This document shows positions 52,101 to 64,000 of a stretch of 64,000 nucleotides of DNA, one piece after another; the first letter of the stretch is position 1; each line of letters starts with the position of its first letter. A program made the translations under genes and the position numbers. Under the pieces are notes generated by a model. That model saw only the letters and a program-made list of their open reading frames with translations, was not told where the DNA came from and searched no databases. The DNA is from the human T2T-CHM13v2.0 reference genome, Homo sapiens: NCBI RefSeq assembly GCF_009914755.1, contig NC_060948.1; one strand, written 5' to 3'.

Positions 52101-55100
52101 TCTTCACCTGTGGGAGGCCAGTTCAAGGAGTGGGAACACTGCTCCACTTTGGACTTGCCTTTGTCATGGTTCCTGCCTTTCTCAGAGAGCCCCTTTGAGG
52201 CCCAGGATACAGGGAGGCAGTGAGGACATGTACCCAGCCATCTTTTGCTGACATCCACCTCTAGGGTCACAGATATTATTCCATCACCCAAAGAACCCTC
52301 AGCAACACACCAGACTATATTCCAATCCTCATGGGGCCAGATTATTGAAAACAGTCTCTTTCCAGAATGGAGTCAGAAGAGCAGTTTCCAGCGACCACCT
52401 CACAGTATCAAAATGCCTCCTCCTCCAGTGGCACCTGACTAAGGAGACATCATGAAGATGCCCTGAGGTCCAGACTTTTAGCGTCCCACTGTGAGTTTTC
52501 ACAGGCAGCCTTGTTCCTCATACCAAGTGGGCTCTGGCTGTTTCATTTTCCTCTGCTTCAGCAGAATGATGGCTCTAAAAGCTGTGTGTCCTAACCTCCC
52601 TTATGAATGTGTGTATTCTAGTCTCAGGGCACCTGGCCTGATTGTGAGCTTTGCCTTGCCTCATAATGAATGTCACCATTTCCTAGTGACAAGTACCTGC
52701 AGCTTGGTAGAGGAGAATTCCTTAGATGTGAGTTGGCCTTTGGCTCTCGACTGTCTTTTTTGTGGGATTTAAGTGATTGTCTCATCATCTTAGGAGAGAA
52801 CATAAGTGAAACAGCCTGAAGAAATGGCAAGCAGAGCCCCAGGAATAAACTGAGAAATCCCTATGGATTTAAATGGATCTGTAGAATTCCTCAAGCCTGC
52901 CTAGGCTTTGTAGGGGAGAGTCTGTTTGAAACTTCCACCGCTGTGATTTTTAGGTATAGCCCATATCTCTTCTTTGAGGTATCTCTCTCCCAGTTGGGGC
53001 TTACTGAGAAACTACACAGCCTCAGGAACTGCTGGGCTTTGTGTTTCTGTAGGATTGTTGAGAGTGTTGGATGTCTGAGTGTGTGTGGCATTGTGTGTTT
53101 GTGTGTCTGTCTGTCTGTAAGTGAAGTCTGCTTAAAGAATTGTGGCAAATGCATTTCAGCACCCTTTTTTTAGTCTCTCACCATTTGGTGGCCTGTCTGT
53201 ATTGCTCTGCTTGGGCTGCAGGCTCTGTATTCTTTATTTTTCTGTAGGTCATTAATCCACAGTGAATTTGCACACATGCTGAAACCTGCCACCATCCCAA
53301 TCACCTCCCTATGCCAAAAAATAATAATAATAAAAAAGCCAGTCTTCTAGGAATAGGAGAAGGACATCACACCAAAAGACAAACATTTCTGTGTTTTATT
53401 GTGCTGTGGCCAACCCAGGGAGAGACACTAGCAGTTCTTTCTGCAGGGCCCCTTTAAAGGGTTACCTCGAATTCAGTTCCCAGCAGAGCAGGTGCTTCAT
53501 GTAGTGAGGGGTCACTCCTCCGTTTGTGTTGAGATTTCATCTTAGGACATAGAAAATGAGCAGCAGTAAGGTCAGGTAGGGGTGAGGATTCATTCTGGTG
53601 AGGGGTGGATGGGATCAAGCAACCTCACCTGCAAAAAAAATGAAGACCCATGACACTGAATGTGCTTCTGAAACCACTCTTGCATTCCCCTAATTGCACA
53701 AGCAGTCCACTCCATGGCCTGGCGTTCAGTTGGGAATACTCCAAAGTTTAAGGAACGTTTGAAGTGCAAGTTGGAGCTTTCCTGGCAAACTCCTGATTTA
53801 AGGGCTTTCATACCTGGAGCCAAATGGGAGTAAAATATTTTGATGTTGGGTGAAATGTGGCCTTCACACTTGCCTCTTCTTTCCCTGAATTCCATGTCCC
53901 TCATTGGGCTAGTGTTTTCTATGTCTGGCTCAATGACTTTCAAACTGAACATTTCCGAGTTCACAAAGAATGAGCCTTATGGGAATCCATTGCGACGGTG
54001 TTTAATTCTAAACACCGTCAAGTTTTAATGACAGGGCAACTTTGATATTTTTAAAACTATAAGTTCCCATTGCAGCCACCAACTAGGAAATTCCTGTTCT
54101 TTCACTTCTTTCAGAGGGCTGCATTATTCCTGTAAGATGAGAAACAGACAGCCTATTTTGGCTTTTGCATGGTGATCAAGCCTCTGTTGTATTTCATCTG
54201 CAAGTCTTCTCATTAGGAGGGGCTTTTTCATTGTCTGCTGCTGGATGGAACAGCCTCTTGCCACAGATTATTTGGCTGCCAGGGATTTCAAAGAGCACAA
54301 GAGACTTCAGGTAGGATGGCTGCTCTCCAGGTTTTGGGTCATTATCTCCTTGTGGGGACTGCGGTTGTTTGCACTTTGCAGGAGACTTTTGGGTTCTCTG
54401 ACATGAATCATTGAACATTAATTGGACTGCCGCACAAGACAGGTCTTTCACTTAGGTGAGCCTTGATTTTTCTTTTCTACCATGGAGAACCCACAGTGCC
54501 TCTCAGCAGCACTACTAGACACACTTTTCAGGCTTGCCATCACCACAGACAACATCTGAGACCCGATTTCAACCTCATCTGCACCTGTGAGAGGCCAGTC
54601 CAAGGGGGAGAACACTGCACCACTTTGGACTTGCCTTTGTCATAATTCCTGTCTTTCCCAGAGAGCTGCTACAAGGCTCAGGATGAAGGGAGGCAGTGAG
54701 ATAAAGAGCCCAGCCATCTTTCACTGACACCCACCTCTGGGGTCTCAGGTATGGTTCTATCTCCTAAGGAATGCTCAACAACGCACCAGATTTTATTCCA
54801 ATCTCCATGGGACCCGATTCTGGTACACAGTCTCTTTTGGTAATGGAGTCAGAAGAACAGTTTCTGGGAAACACCTCACTGTCTTGAAACACCTCCCCTT
54901 TCAGGTAGATCTGACCATGGAGACAGCCAGAAAGGGCACTGAAGTTGAGACTTTTAGGGTCCAGCAATGGGTTATCCCAGGCTGCTTTATTACTGGTATC
55001 AAGTCAGTTCTGCCTGTACCATTTTTCTCTGCTTAGGCTGGCTGACAATTCTAACAGCTGGGCACCGGAGCCTGCTTCATGAATGCTCATCAGCTAGTCT

Positions 55101-56199
55101 CAGGGCACCAGGCCTGAATGTGGGCTCTGACTAGCATCACAATGAATGTCACCATTGTTTAGTGACAAGTCCCTGTAACTTGGTGGAGAAGAAAATATCC
55201 GTCGAGGTTCTTTGGCATTGGACCCATATTTGTCTTCTCTTTGGAACCTATGCCATAATCCCATGAATAGAGGAGAGGGCAGAAGTGAGCCAGCCTGAAA
55301 AAATGTCAGTCAGAGCCCCTGAAATAAACTGTGAAATCCCTAAGGATCCAAAAGGATTCACAGGATTTCTCATTCCTGCCTAGACTTTGTAGGTGTGAGT
55401 ATTTTTGAAACTTTCCATACTGTGATTTTTAGGTACAGCCCATCTGTGTCTCCCGTGGTTGCTCTTTCATAGTTGGGTCTTCCTACAAAACCACAGAGTC
55501 TCAGAAACTGCCAGGCTGTGTGTTTCTGTGGGAATGTTATGAGTGTTGGATGTCTGTGTGTGTGTGCTATTGTGTTTGTGTGTGTGTGTGCCTGTAAGTG
55601 AAGTCTGCTTAAAGAAATGTGGCTAACGCACTTCTTGGATTTTTTTTTCTGAGTATTCTAACATTTTGGTGGCCTTCCTGTGTGGCTCTTCTTGGGCTGT
55701 GGGGTTCCATGTTCTTTATTTTTCTGTGGATCATGGACTGCAATGTATTGGGAGGGGACCAAGACTCTCAGGCCTCCAAAACTCTGCCCCATGAAAAAAG
55801 AAAAAAAAGCCACTCTTGTAGAAAGAAGAGTAGCATATCACACCAAAAAAGGGACATCTTCCAGTGTTTCATTGTCCTTAGGCCAACCCAGCAAGAGACA
55901 CTGGCAGTTCTGTCAGCAGGACTCCTTGGAGTCACATCAAATTCAGTTTCCAGCTGACCAGGTGCTTCATGTAGGGAGGGGGCACTTCTCCATCATCTTG
56001 ATATTTCATGCTGGGACAGAGTGTAAGCAGCAATAAGGTCAGATGGGGTGAGGAAACAACCTGGTGATTGGTGGATGGGGTCCCACAACTTCACCTGCAA
56101 AAAAAATGAAGACAGATGATACAAAAAGTGCTTCCAACTCCATCCCCACTTTTCCTTAATGGCACAAGTAGTCCACACCATGGCTGAGTGTTTAGGTGG

Positions 56200-56657
56200 T
56201 AAGGAAGGAGACCACCTCTCTTATTATCTCATAACTCAGAATAAGAAAGAAGAAGCAAAAGCTAAAGAAAGGCAAAAATGAGATCAATAGTCAGACAGCG
56301 CAGCCTCACACCCCAGGCCTGGTAGTTAAAATTGAGTCCCTGACCTAAGCGCTTGTATTATCTATAGATTGCAGACGTTGTATGAGGAAGCATTGTGAAA
56401 CTTTCTCTACTGTTCTCTTCTGTTCCTTCCTGATTATTGATGCATACCACCCCAGTCACATACCCGCTGCCAGCTCAACCAATCACAGCCCTTTCATATG
56501 GGCCCTTAAAGTTGTAAGCCTTTAAAAGGGGCAGGAATCTCTCTATTGGGGAGCTCAGTTTGTGAGATGCAAGTCTGCGATGCTCCCAGCCAAATGAAGC
56601 CACTTCTTTCTTTAACATGGTATCTGAAGGGTTTTGTCCACAGCTTGTTCTGCTACA
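56200..56657 (+). mobile_element. 5' LTR (LTR2-family)
   Basis: Matches recalled LTR2 features (taaggNaggagaccacc...ggcctggtagttaaa...tatctatagatt...cagac...tgctaca). TATA-like tttaaaagggg at 56521-56531; polyA signal mutated to AATGAA at 56593. Confidence 0.9.
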
Positions 56658-56662
56658 TTTTG

Positions 56663-56680
56663 TGATTCCCCTACGTGTAA
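56663..56680 (+). other. Degenerate primer-binding site (tRNA-Glu type)
   Basis: tgattcccctacgtgtaa just after the 5' LTR matches the HERV-E PBS tggttccctgaccgggaa at 12/18 positions. Confidence 0.55.
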
Positions 56681-57123
56681 GTGAACTGATTAGTGGACAG
56701 TCGATGCAGCCTCTTAGGTGGCTTAGGCCTGCCCTGTAGAGCATGCTTGTGCTGGGCTTTGGCCAGCTTGAGAAACGGGGATCCTGAGAGTGCTCCCGTG
56801 TAAGCAATTACCGTAGTGGAACACCTTGCCAGAGCAGTGCACAGCAGGCCCCCACAGAGTATTGACACTGTGGCTGCATGCCCTAAGGGAACTGGCACTT
56901 GGAGTACAGACATCTGGAACATGATAAGACTGGTCTTGAGAATTTACCAACTCCATTTGAGTGAAAGCGTGGCCTGATCACCCATGGCATGACTTTATCA
57001 GCACTTTGGTTTTGGTTTTGATTTGGACTTGGCTTCATTTACTTGATGTAATGAATTAGATGTGTAAGTGACCTTTGCCCTTTCCCCCTTGCAGTGCAAA
57101 TGTTGTCTTGTCTCAGGAGAAAA

Positions 57124-58330
57124 ATGGTTCAGACAAAAAGTAAGCCCACCCCACTAGGAACTATGTTGAAAAATTTCAAGAAGGGATTTAAAGGAGACTA
57201 TGGAGTTACTATATCAAGGATACTTAGAACTTTGTGTGAGATAGACTGGCCAGCATTAGAAGTGGTTTGGCTGTCAGAAGGAAGCCTAGATAGGTCCCTT
57301 GTTTCAAAGTTATAGCACAAGATAACCTGTAAGCCAGGGCATCCAGACCTGTTTCTGTACATAGACACTGGTTAAGGCTGGTTTTAGAACCTCCACAGTA
57401 GTTAAGAGGTCAGGCAGCAGAAGCAGTGTTAGTGGCAAAGCGACATATATCCAAGGAAGGATTGGGCTCCACCTGATGAGGGAAGTTGGCTCCTAAATTT
57501 CAGTCTGACCCAATATCAGAAGACCCATGGCAGGAAATGGCACCAGTTATGGCCTTCTTCACCAAGAAGAGAGACTGCCCACAGCACGTGTGCCTCTGCA
57601 GGACACACACATCCCTAGGCCACCCAGAGTAGACAAAAGAAGATGTGAAGCCACGGGAGGAACCCCGCCTTTGGCAGCTCATTTACAACATAAGACTGGA
57701 ATACAAAGGCCCCTGAAGGAACAGTGGTATACTGGGGTAGATGAGCATGGGCATATGGTGGAAAGGCATGCCTCTGTGTATCGACACTTTACCTCTGCTG
57801 ATCTCCTAATTTGAAAAAGCAGTACCCCATCTTATACTGAAAAGCCTCAAGCTTTAATTGATTTGCTCCAAACTGTGATCCAGACACACAATCCTACTTG
57901 GACTGATTGCCATCAGTTGCTAATATACCTCCTTAACACAGATGAAAGATGAAGAGTGCTCTAGATGGCAACCAAGTGGCTGGAGAAACGTGTTCTGGCC
58001 AATTACAAAAACCCCCAGGAGCATGTGGAACCCAAAATAAGGGGAAGGTATAGAAAGGCTAAACTGATATAGGAAAGCCCTCCTAGAAGGGTTAAAGAAG
58101 GGAGCTCAGAAGGCCACAAATGTTAACAAAGTCTCTGAGGTCATTCAAGGAAAAGAAGAGAGTCTGGCATAATTTTATGAAAGGTACTCTGTGAGGCCTA
58201 TCATATGTATACTCTCTTTGATTCTGAAAGCCCTGAAAATTAGTGCATGATTAACATGACTCTAGATAGTCAAAGCAAAGAAGATATTAGAAAAAAACTT
58301 CAGGAACAGGCTGGGTTTGCGAGTATGAAC
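57124..58330 (+). pseudogene. gag: ERV gag remnant (MA-CA), multiple stops, truncated at the CA C-terminus
   Basis: MVQTKSKPTPLGTMLKNFKKGFKGDYGV...CEIDWPAL (HERV-E-like MA; myristoylation Gly lost); FTSADLL, HNPTW-DC-QLL, QGKEES (MHR region), QSKEDIRKKLQEQAGFASMN. Confidence 0.88.
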
Positions 58331-60380
58331 TGTCAAAGGCTGATGGCCTACTTCTCTAAACAAATAGACAGGGTTTCTAAAAGCTGGGCATCATGTTTGA
58401 GGGACTTATCAGTAACTGCCCTGCTGGCACAAGAAGCAGATAAACTAACTCTTGGACAAAACATGAACATTAAGGCCCCCCTTGCTGTGGTGATTTTAAT
58501 GAATACAAAAGGACATCACTGGATAAAGAATGGTAGACTAGGTACCAAATCTTGCTCTGTGAAAATCCCCGCATAACCATTGAAGTTTGTAACAACCTGA
58601 ACCCTGCCACCTTGCTTCCAGTATCAGAAAGCCCAGTTGAGGATAACTGTGTGAAGGTGTTGGACTCAGTTTACTCTAGAATACCTGACATGTGGAACAA
58701 GCCTTGGGCATATGTGGACTAGGATTTGTACTTGGAGGGTAAGAATTTTGTCAACCCACAAGGAGAAAGGTATGCAGAATATGCAGTGGTGACCCTGGAC
58801 ACTGTCATGGAGGCCATACTCTTGCCCCAGGATGCTTCAGCCCAGAAAGCTGAGCTCATTGCTTTAATTCGGGTCTTGGAACTCAGTGAAGGTAAGACTG
58901 TAAACATTTACACTGACTCTCGGTGTGACTTCTTATCCCTCCAAGCGCATGGAGCATTATAAAAGTAAAGGTCCTGTTAAACTCTGAAGGAAAGTACATA
59001 AAACATCAGCAAGAAATTGTGCAATTATTAGAAACAGTATGGAAACCCCAAAATGTGGCAGTCATGCATTGCAGTAGACACCAGGGAGCTTCTACCATGG
59101 TTGCTTTAGTGAACTCCAGAGGTGACTCAGAGGTTTGAAAATCAGTCTCTGGCCCTTACCAGTCATCAGTCTAAGCCCTCCTGCTTCCTCAGGCATCTGA
59201 CCTTGTACCTACCTATTCTAAAGAAGAGAAAGCCTTTTTTCAGGTGAAGGAGGGCATACAGCAAAAGAGGGATGGATCTGGTTACCAGAGGGAAGAACAA
59301 CCATGCCACAACTGCTAGGAGTCTCATTTGAGGTTGCTGTGCATGAAACTACCCATCTAGGTCAGGAATCACTTGACAAGTTGTTATGCAGGTACTTCTG
59401 TGTCTCATATTTTTCAGCCCTTGCCAGAACGGTGGTGCAGTGATGTATTACCTGCCAACAGCACAATGTGAGGCAGGGTCCAGCCGTTCTGCCCAGCATA
59501 CAACTTGAGGGAGCAGCCCCTTTTGAAGACCTCCAGGTGGACTTCACAGGAATGCCAAAGTGTGGAGGTAACAAGTATTTTCTAGTTCTTGTGTCTACCT
59601 ACTCTTGGTGGGTAGAGGCTTACCCAACACAAACTGAAAAGCTCATGAAGTAACCCATGTGCTTCTTCGAGATCTTATTCCTAGATTTGAACTGCCCTTA
59701 TGAATCAGCTCATGTCATGGGCTGGCATTTGTGGCTGATTTCGTGCAGAAGACAGTAAACATATTGGGGATCACATGGAAACTGCATGCAGCCTACCTAC
59801 CTCTTAGTTCTGGAAATGTGTTACGATTGAATTGGACTATGAAAAATAGCTTAGGGAATGTGTGCCAGGCAACAAGATTAAAATGATTACAGGCTCTCCC
59901 TATGGTATTGTTTAAGACAAGATGTACCCCTTGTAAAAGGACAGGATATTCCCCTTATGAAATGTCATATCACAGAACCCCTCCCTTATTATAGAGACAC
60001 CCAGGGACGCCTCAAGATTTAGGTGAAATTGAGTTAGAGCAACAACTACAGGCTGTAGGAAAAATTACACAAACAATTTCAGCCTGGGTAAATGAAAGTT
60101 GCCCTATTAGCTTATTCTTCCTTGTTCACCTCTTCTCCCCAAGTGATCATGTGTGGATCAAGGACTGGAATGTAGCCCACCCACAACTACGGTGGGAAGG
60201 ACCCCAGACCATCATTTTGACGACTCTCACAGCATGAAAATAGAAGGATTCCCAGCCTGGATCAATCACAGTCATGTATCATCTACATTGTCTGAGACCT
60301 GAGAGGTGAGACTGAGCCTGGTGGACCCCTGCAAAGTGACATTGAGAAAGATGGCAAGCCCTGCTACAGTCACAACCAGA
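58331..60380 (+). pseudogene. pol: ERV pol remnant: RT connection, RNase H and integrase (PR and RT core deleted)
   Basis: AYFSKQID...EADKLTLGQ (connection); SAQKAELIAL...VNIYTDS (RNase H); HETTH...CITC (IN zinc finger); PFEDLQVDFT...WVEAYPT (IN core); WEGPQTII (IN C-terminal). Contains stops and frameshifts. End coordinate is approximate. Confidence 0.88.
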
Positions 60381-60408
60381 AGCTTACTGTTGTATGCATG
60401 GCAAAAGA

Positions 60409-62446
60409 ATGAGGATACTCATCATGGGATTTATTCTCCTTAAAATTTGTACTTCTATAATAAAGACTGATTTTTCCTGCATGGAGGACTGTTCCCAGTT
60501 TATTCATCAGGTTACTGAGGTAGTACAACAAGTTCAAAGAATCTTTTTGTTTTATATTTATTATGAATGCCTAGGAACTTCAAAAGGAACTTGCCTATAT
60601 AATTCGACTCAGTATAAAGTGTGCAGCCTAGGAAATGACTGACCTGATTTGTACTACAACCCATCTGAGCCTCCTATGATCACAGTCTTTGAAATAAGAT
60701 GAAGAACTGGTCCATTTCTTACTGATACAAGTAAAACAATAGCTAAAATAGAAGAAAAAGGAAACCCCAAACAGATAATCTTAAATTTTGATGCTTGTGA
60801 ATCCATCAATAGCAACCAGTAAGGATTAGGATGTGGCTCTCTAGATTGATAAAAAAGTTATACAGCAGACAATTAGTATATTTGTCATGAGTTAGGCTTA
60901 TGTGAAAAAGTATGGAATTACTGGTCTGGCATCATTTGGGCTACCTGGAAAAAGAATGAAAAAGATCTGGTATGGCTTTAAAAAGGAAAGGGTGATTCCT
61001 CTTGCATGAATGGCCACTGTAACCCCTTAGAAGTAATAATCACCAAACTCCTAGTCCCCCATTGACAAAAGGGAGAACATGTAACTCTATGGATCAATGG
61101 AGCTGAACTGGTCCTCGAGTAAATATTTTAGTCCTAGGAGTGTTGAAAAGGCACTCTCTCAAACCAGTGTTTCAGACCTTGTATGATGAATTGAATGTGC
61201 CAGTACCAGGGCTCCCAGGGAAGACAAAGAAGCTGTTCCTGCTGTTAGCAGAAAATGTAGCCCATTCCCTCAATGTACTTCCTGTTATGTATGTGAGTTA
61301 ACCACTGTGGAAGAACAGTGGTGTTGGGAAACCGGAGAATTAGTGCCCACTAATCCAGTTCCTGATAGGATTCCAGTCCAGAATGCCCACACTGACAACT
61401 TCTGGTTCTTAACTACCCAATTATTAGGCAGTACTGCATAGTTAGAGAAGGAAAGAACTTCACCCTCCCTCTGGGAAGGCTCATCTGCCTTGGGCAAAAA
61501 CTGTATAATGGCAAAGTAAAAACAGCCATTTGGTGGGTTTCAAACCACACTGAGAAAAATCCATTTAATAAATTTCCAAAGTTGTAATCTATGTGGACCC
61601 ATTCAGAGACTCATTGGGACTAGACTGCCACCACTAGACTATAACGGATATGTGGGCATAGAGCCTACCCCAAGTTATCTCACCAATGGTCAGGTAGTTG
61701 TGTTATCAGCACCATTAAACCATCTTTATTCCTACTGCTCAGGAAAACAGGTGAACTCCTGGGTTTTCTGGTCTATGCTTCCTTAGAAAAGAGAAGCATA
61801 GCTACCGGTGATTGAAAAGATGATGAGTGGCCCCCTGAAATAATCATACAGTAATATCAACCTGACCCTTGGGCACAATATAGCTCTGGGGATGCCAAAC
61901 CCCCATTAAATGATCAACAGGATCATATAGTTGCAAGCTGTCTTAGAAATAATCACTAATAAAATCAGTAGAGTTTTGACTGCTTTAGCTAGGCAGTAAA
62001 TCTAGATGACAAATGCTATTTATCAAAATAGATTAGCCCTAGACTACTTGCTAGCAGCTGAAGGAGCAGTCTGTGGAAAATTTAACCTAGTCAATGGCTG
62101 TCCGCATATAGAAGATCAAGGAAAAATGTCAAAAATATAATCAGAGATATGACAAAGCTGGCACATGTTTTTATACAGGTTTTACATGGGTTTGATCCTG
62201 GATTAGTATTTGGAAAATGGTATCCCAGCACTAGGAAGATTTAAAACTATTGTAATAAGAATAACAATAGAAATAGGAACTGGCTTGTTGTTCTCCTACT
62301 TGCTGCCCATGCTCCTTCAAATAATGAGAAAGTCTGTTACTGACTTTGTCCACCAAAGTGCTTCAGAACAAGTATGTTACATGAATCCATATCAATCTGT
62401 CTTGCAGGAAGACCCAGGTACTGAGGATGATAAGTACTCCCACTAA
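60409..62446 (+). pseudogene. env: ERV env remnant (HERV-E/ERV3-like), multiple stops and frameshifts
   Basis: Signal peptide MRILIMGFILL...; FYIYYECLGT..GTCLYN; furin-like LEKR/SIA at ~61783-61803; immunosuppressive domain [18 protein letters not shown] at 62021-62074; TM and tail ending TAA at 62446. Confidence 0.88.
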
Positions 62447-62460
62447 TAAGTGAGATCCTC

Positions 62461-62471
62461 AAAGGGGGTAA
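62461..62471 (+). other. Polypurine tract
   Basis: aaagggggtaa immediately before the 3' LTR. Confidence 0.8.
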
Positions 62472-62915
62472 TAAGGAAAGAGACCACCTTTCTTATTGTC
62501 TCATAACTCAGAAAAAGAAAGAGAAAGCAAAAGCTAAAGAAAGGCAGAAATGAGATCAATAGTAAGAGAGTCCAGTGCCACAGCCCAGGCCTGCTAGTTA
62601 AAAATCAGCCCCTGACCTAAACATTTGTATTATCTATAGATTTCAGACCTTGTATGAGAAAGGGATGTGAAACTTTCTGTGCTGTCCTGATTACCAATGC
62701 ATGGAGCCCAGCCACATTGTCCATGCTGGCCCAATCTATCACGACCCTTTCAAGTGGGCTCACTTAGAGGTGTAAGCCTTTTAAAGGGGCAAGAAACTCT
62801 CTCTCAGGAAGCTCAGTTTTTGAAATGCAATCTGCCCAAACTCCCAGCAGAATAAAGACACTTCCTTATTTAACTAGGTGTCTGAAGGGTTTTGTCTGCA
62901 GCTCATCCTGCTACA
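62472..62915 (+). mobile_element. 3' LTR (LTR2-family)
   Basis: Colinear copy of 56200-56657; intact AATAAA at 62851-62856; ends ctgctaca. Confidence 0.9.
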
Positions 62916-64000
62916 GTAGAAGAAGTACACCAATGTGCAAGTAATATTTTTAGTGCAAATAGCAGCTAACCAGGAAAACTCCTGATTTATGGGCTTTCAT
63001 ACCTGGAGTGAAATGGGAGTGGAATGGATTGATGCTGTGTGGGATGTGGCCTCCACACTTGTCTCTTCTTTCCCTGCCTTCCATTTTCCTCCTCAGCCTA
63101 GGGTTTCCTGGGTCTGGCTCAAAGACTTCCACAGTAAACGTTTCCCAATTCAATGAGAATGACTCTCATTGTGAGTGTTTCTTTCTAAGCTTTGTCTCGT
63201 TTTAATGACAGGGCAGCTGTGATACTTATAAAACCATAAAATGTCATTAGAGACTCCAACAAAGATACTTTTCTTCTTTCACTTCTATTGGAGGGTTGCA
63301 TGATTCTTGTAGCATAAGAAGCTGGTAGCCTTGTCTAGCATTTGCCTGGTAATCTAGCTTCTGTTTCATTTCATATGCACAGCCTTCTAATTGTGGAGGT
63401 GTGGTTTCATTGTGCTGCTACTGGATTGGACTGCCTCTCAGAACAGATTAATTAGCTGCCAGGTATTTCAGAGAGCAAAAAGACTTTGGCTAAGCTGGCT
63501 GTGGTCGAAGTTGTTGGTCATTGTTTTGTTGTGGGAACTGAGTTTGGTTGCACTTTGCAGGAGGAACTGAGTTTAGTTACACTTTGCAGGAGGCTTTAGG
63601 GTCTTCTGTCAGGAATCATTGAACATTGGTTGGACTCCAGCCCAAGGCAGCTCATTCTCTCAGGTGAGCCTTAATTTTTCCTTACTTTCATGGGGAATCC
63701 ACAGTGCCCTTCAACAGCATTACTTGGCATACTTTACTGGCTTGCCATCAGTGCAGACAGCCTTGGAGATGCTGTCTCAATCTTATATGCACCTGTGAGA
63801 GGCCAGTCCAAGGTGTGAAAACACTGCTCCACATTGAACTTCCCTTTGTTGTGATTCCTGCCTTTTCCAGACAGCACCTCTGAGGCCCTGGATGAAGGAA
63901 GGCAGTAACAACAGCAGTCCTGCCATCTTTCATTTACACCCACCTTTGGGGTCTTACCTATGTTTCTATCAGTGAAAGAACCCTCAAAAACACACCAGAC
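62916..64000 (+). repeat. Continuation of the ~2.48-kb tandem array after the provirus
   Basis: The monomer resumes in register after the 3' LTR (gtagaagaagtacaccaatg..., consensus gtgggagtactccaacg). The next landmark is at ~63883: 63883-54674 = 9209 = 6716 (provirus) + 4 (TSD) + 2489 (one unit). Confidence 0.9.

Larger units (their letters stand above)
56200..62915 (+). mobile_element. Defective HERV-E-like (ERV1, LTR2-family) provirus, 6716 bp, internally deleted
   Basis: Two LTRs start TAAGGAAGGAGACCACC / TAAGGAAAGAGACCACC and end TGCTACA. The element has gag, RNaseH-IN and env remnants and a PPT. Near-TSD gtgg (56196-56199) / gtag (62916-62919). Confidence 0.92.

Noticed and set aside
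60409-62446. Potentially co-opted intact env (syncytin/ERV3-like)
   Set aside because: The longest open piece is about 80 aa, there are many stops and frameshifts, and the furin site is degenerate.

Overview
This window is primate (probably human) non-genic repetitive DNA, not microbial sequence. Almost all of it is a head-to-tail tandem array of a degenerate ~2.48-kb monomer: about 24 units, with the landmark AGGCCCAGGATGAAGGGAGGCAGTGAG recurring about every 2.46-2.50 kb in intact units. Unit length, heavy divergence and the lack of long ORFs match my recollection of the Y-chromosome NORF/TTTY arrays (SST1/MER22-related macrosatellite); this is not confirmed by a search. The array is interrupted by an AluY (21270-21564), a ~570-bp pure AT expansion, a ~275-bp (CTT)n expansion, many internal deletions, and a defective HERV-E-like provirus with LTR2-type LTRs (56200-62915) lacking protease and most of RT. 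No intact protein-coding gene is supported. The most interesting signals are: one monomer that keeps about 5-6 times more CpG than its neighbours around an NRF1-like motif (candidate germline-unmethylated promoter); two monomer subtypes in blocks (possible cryptic higher-order repeat); three inverted-templated insertion scars; and a recurrent ~60-codon hydrophobic ORF. I found no convincing novel multi-gene system.
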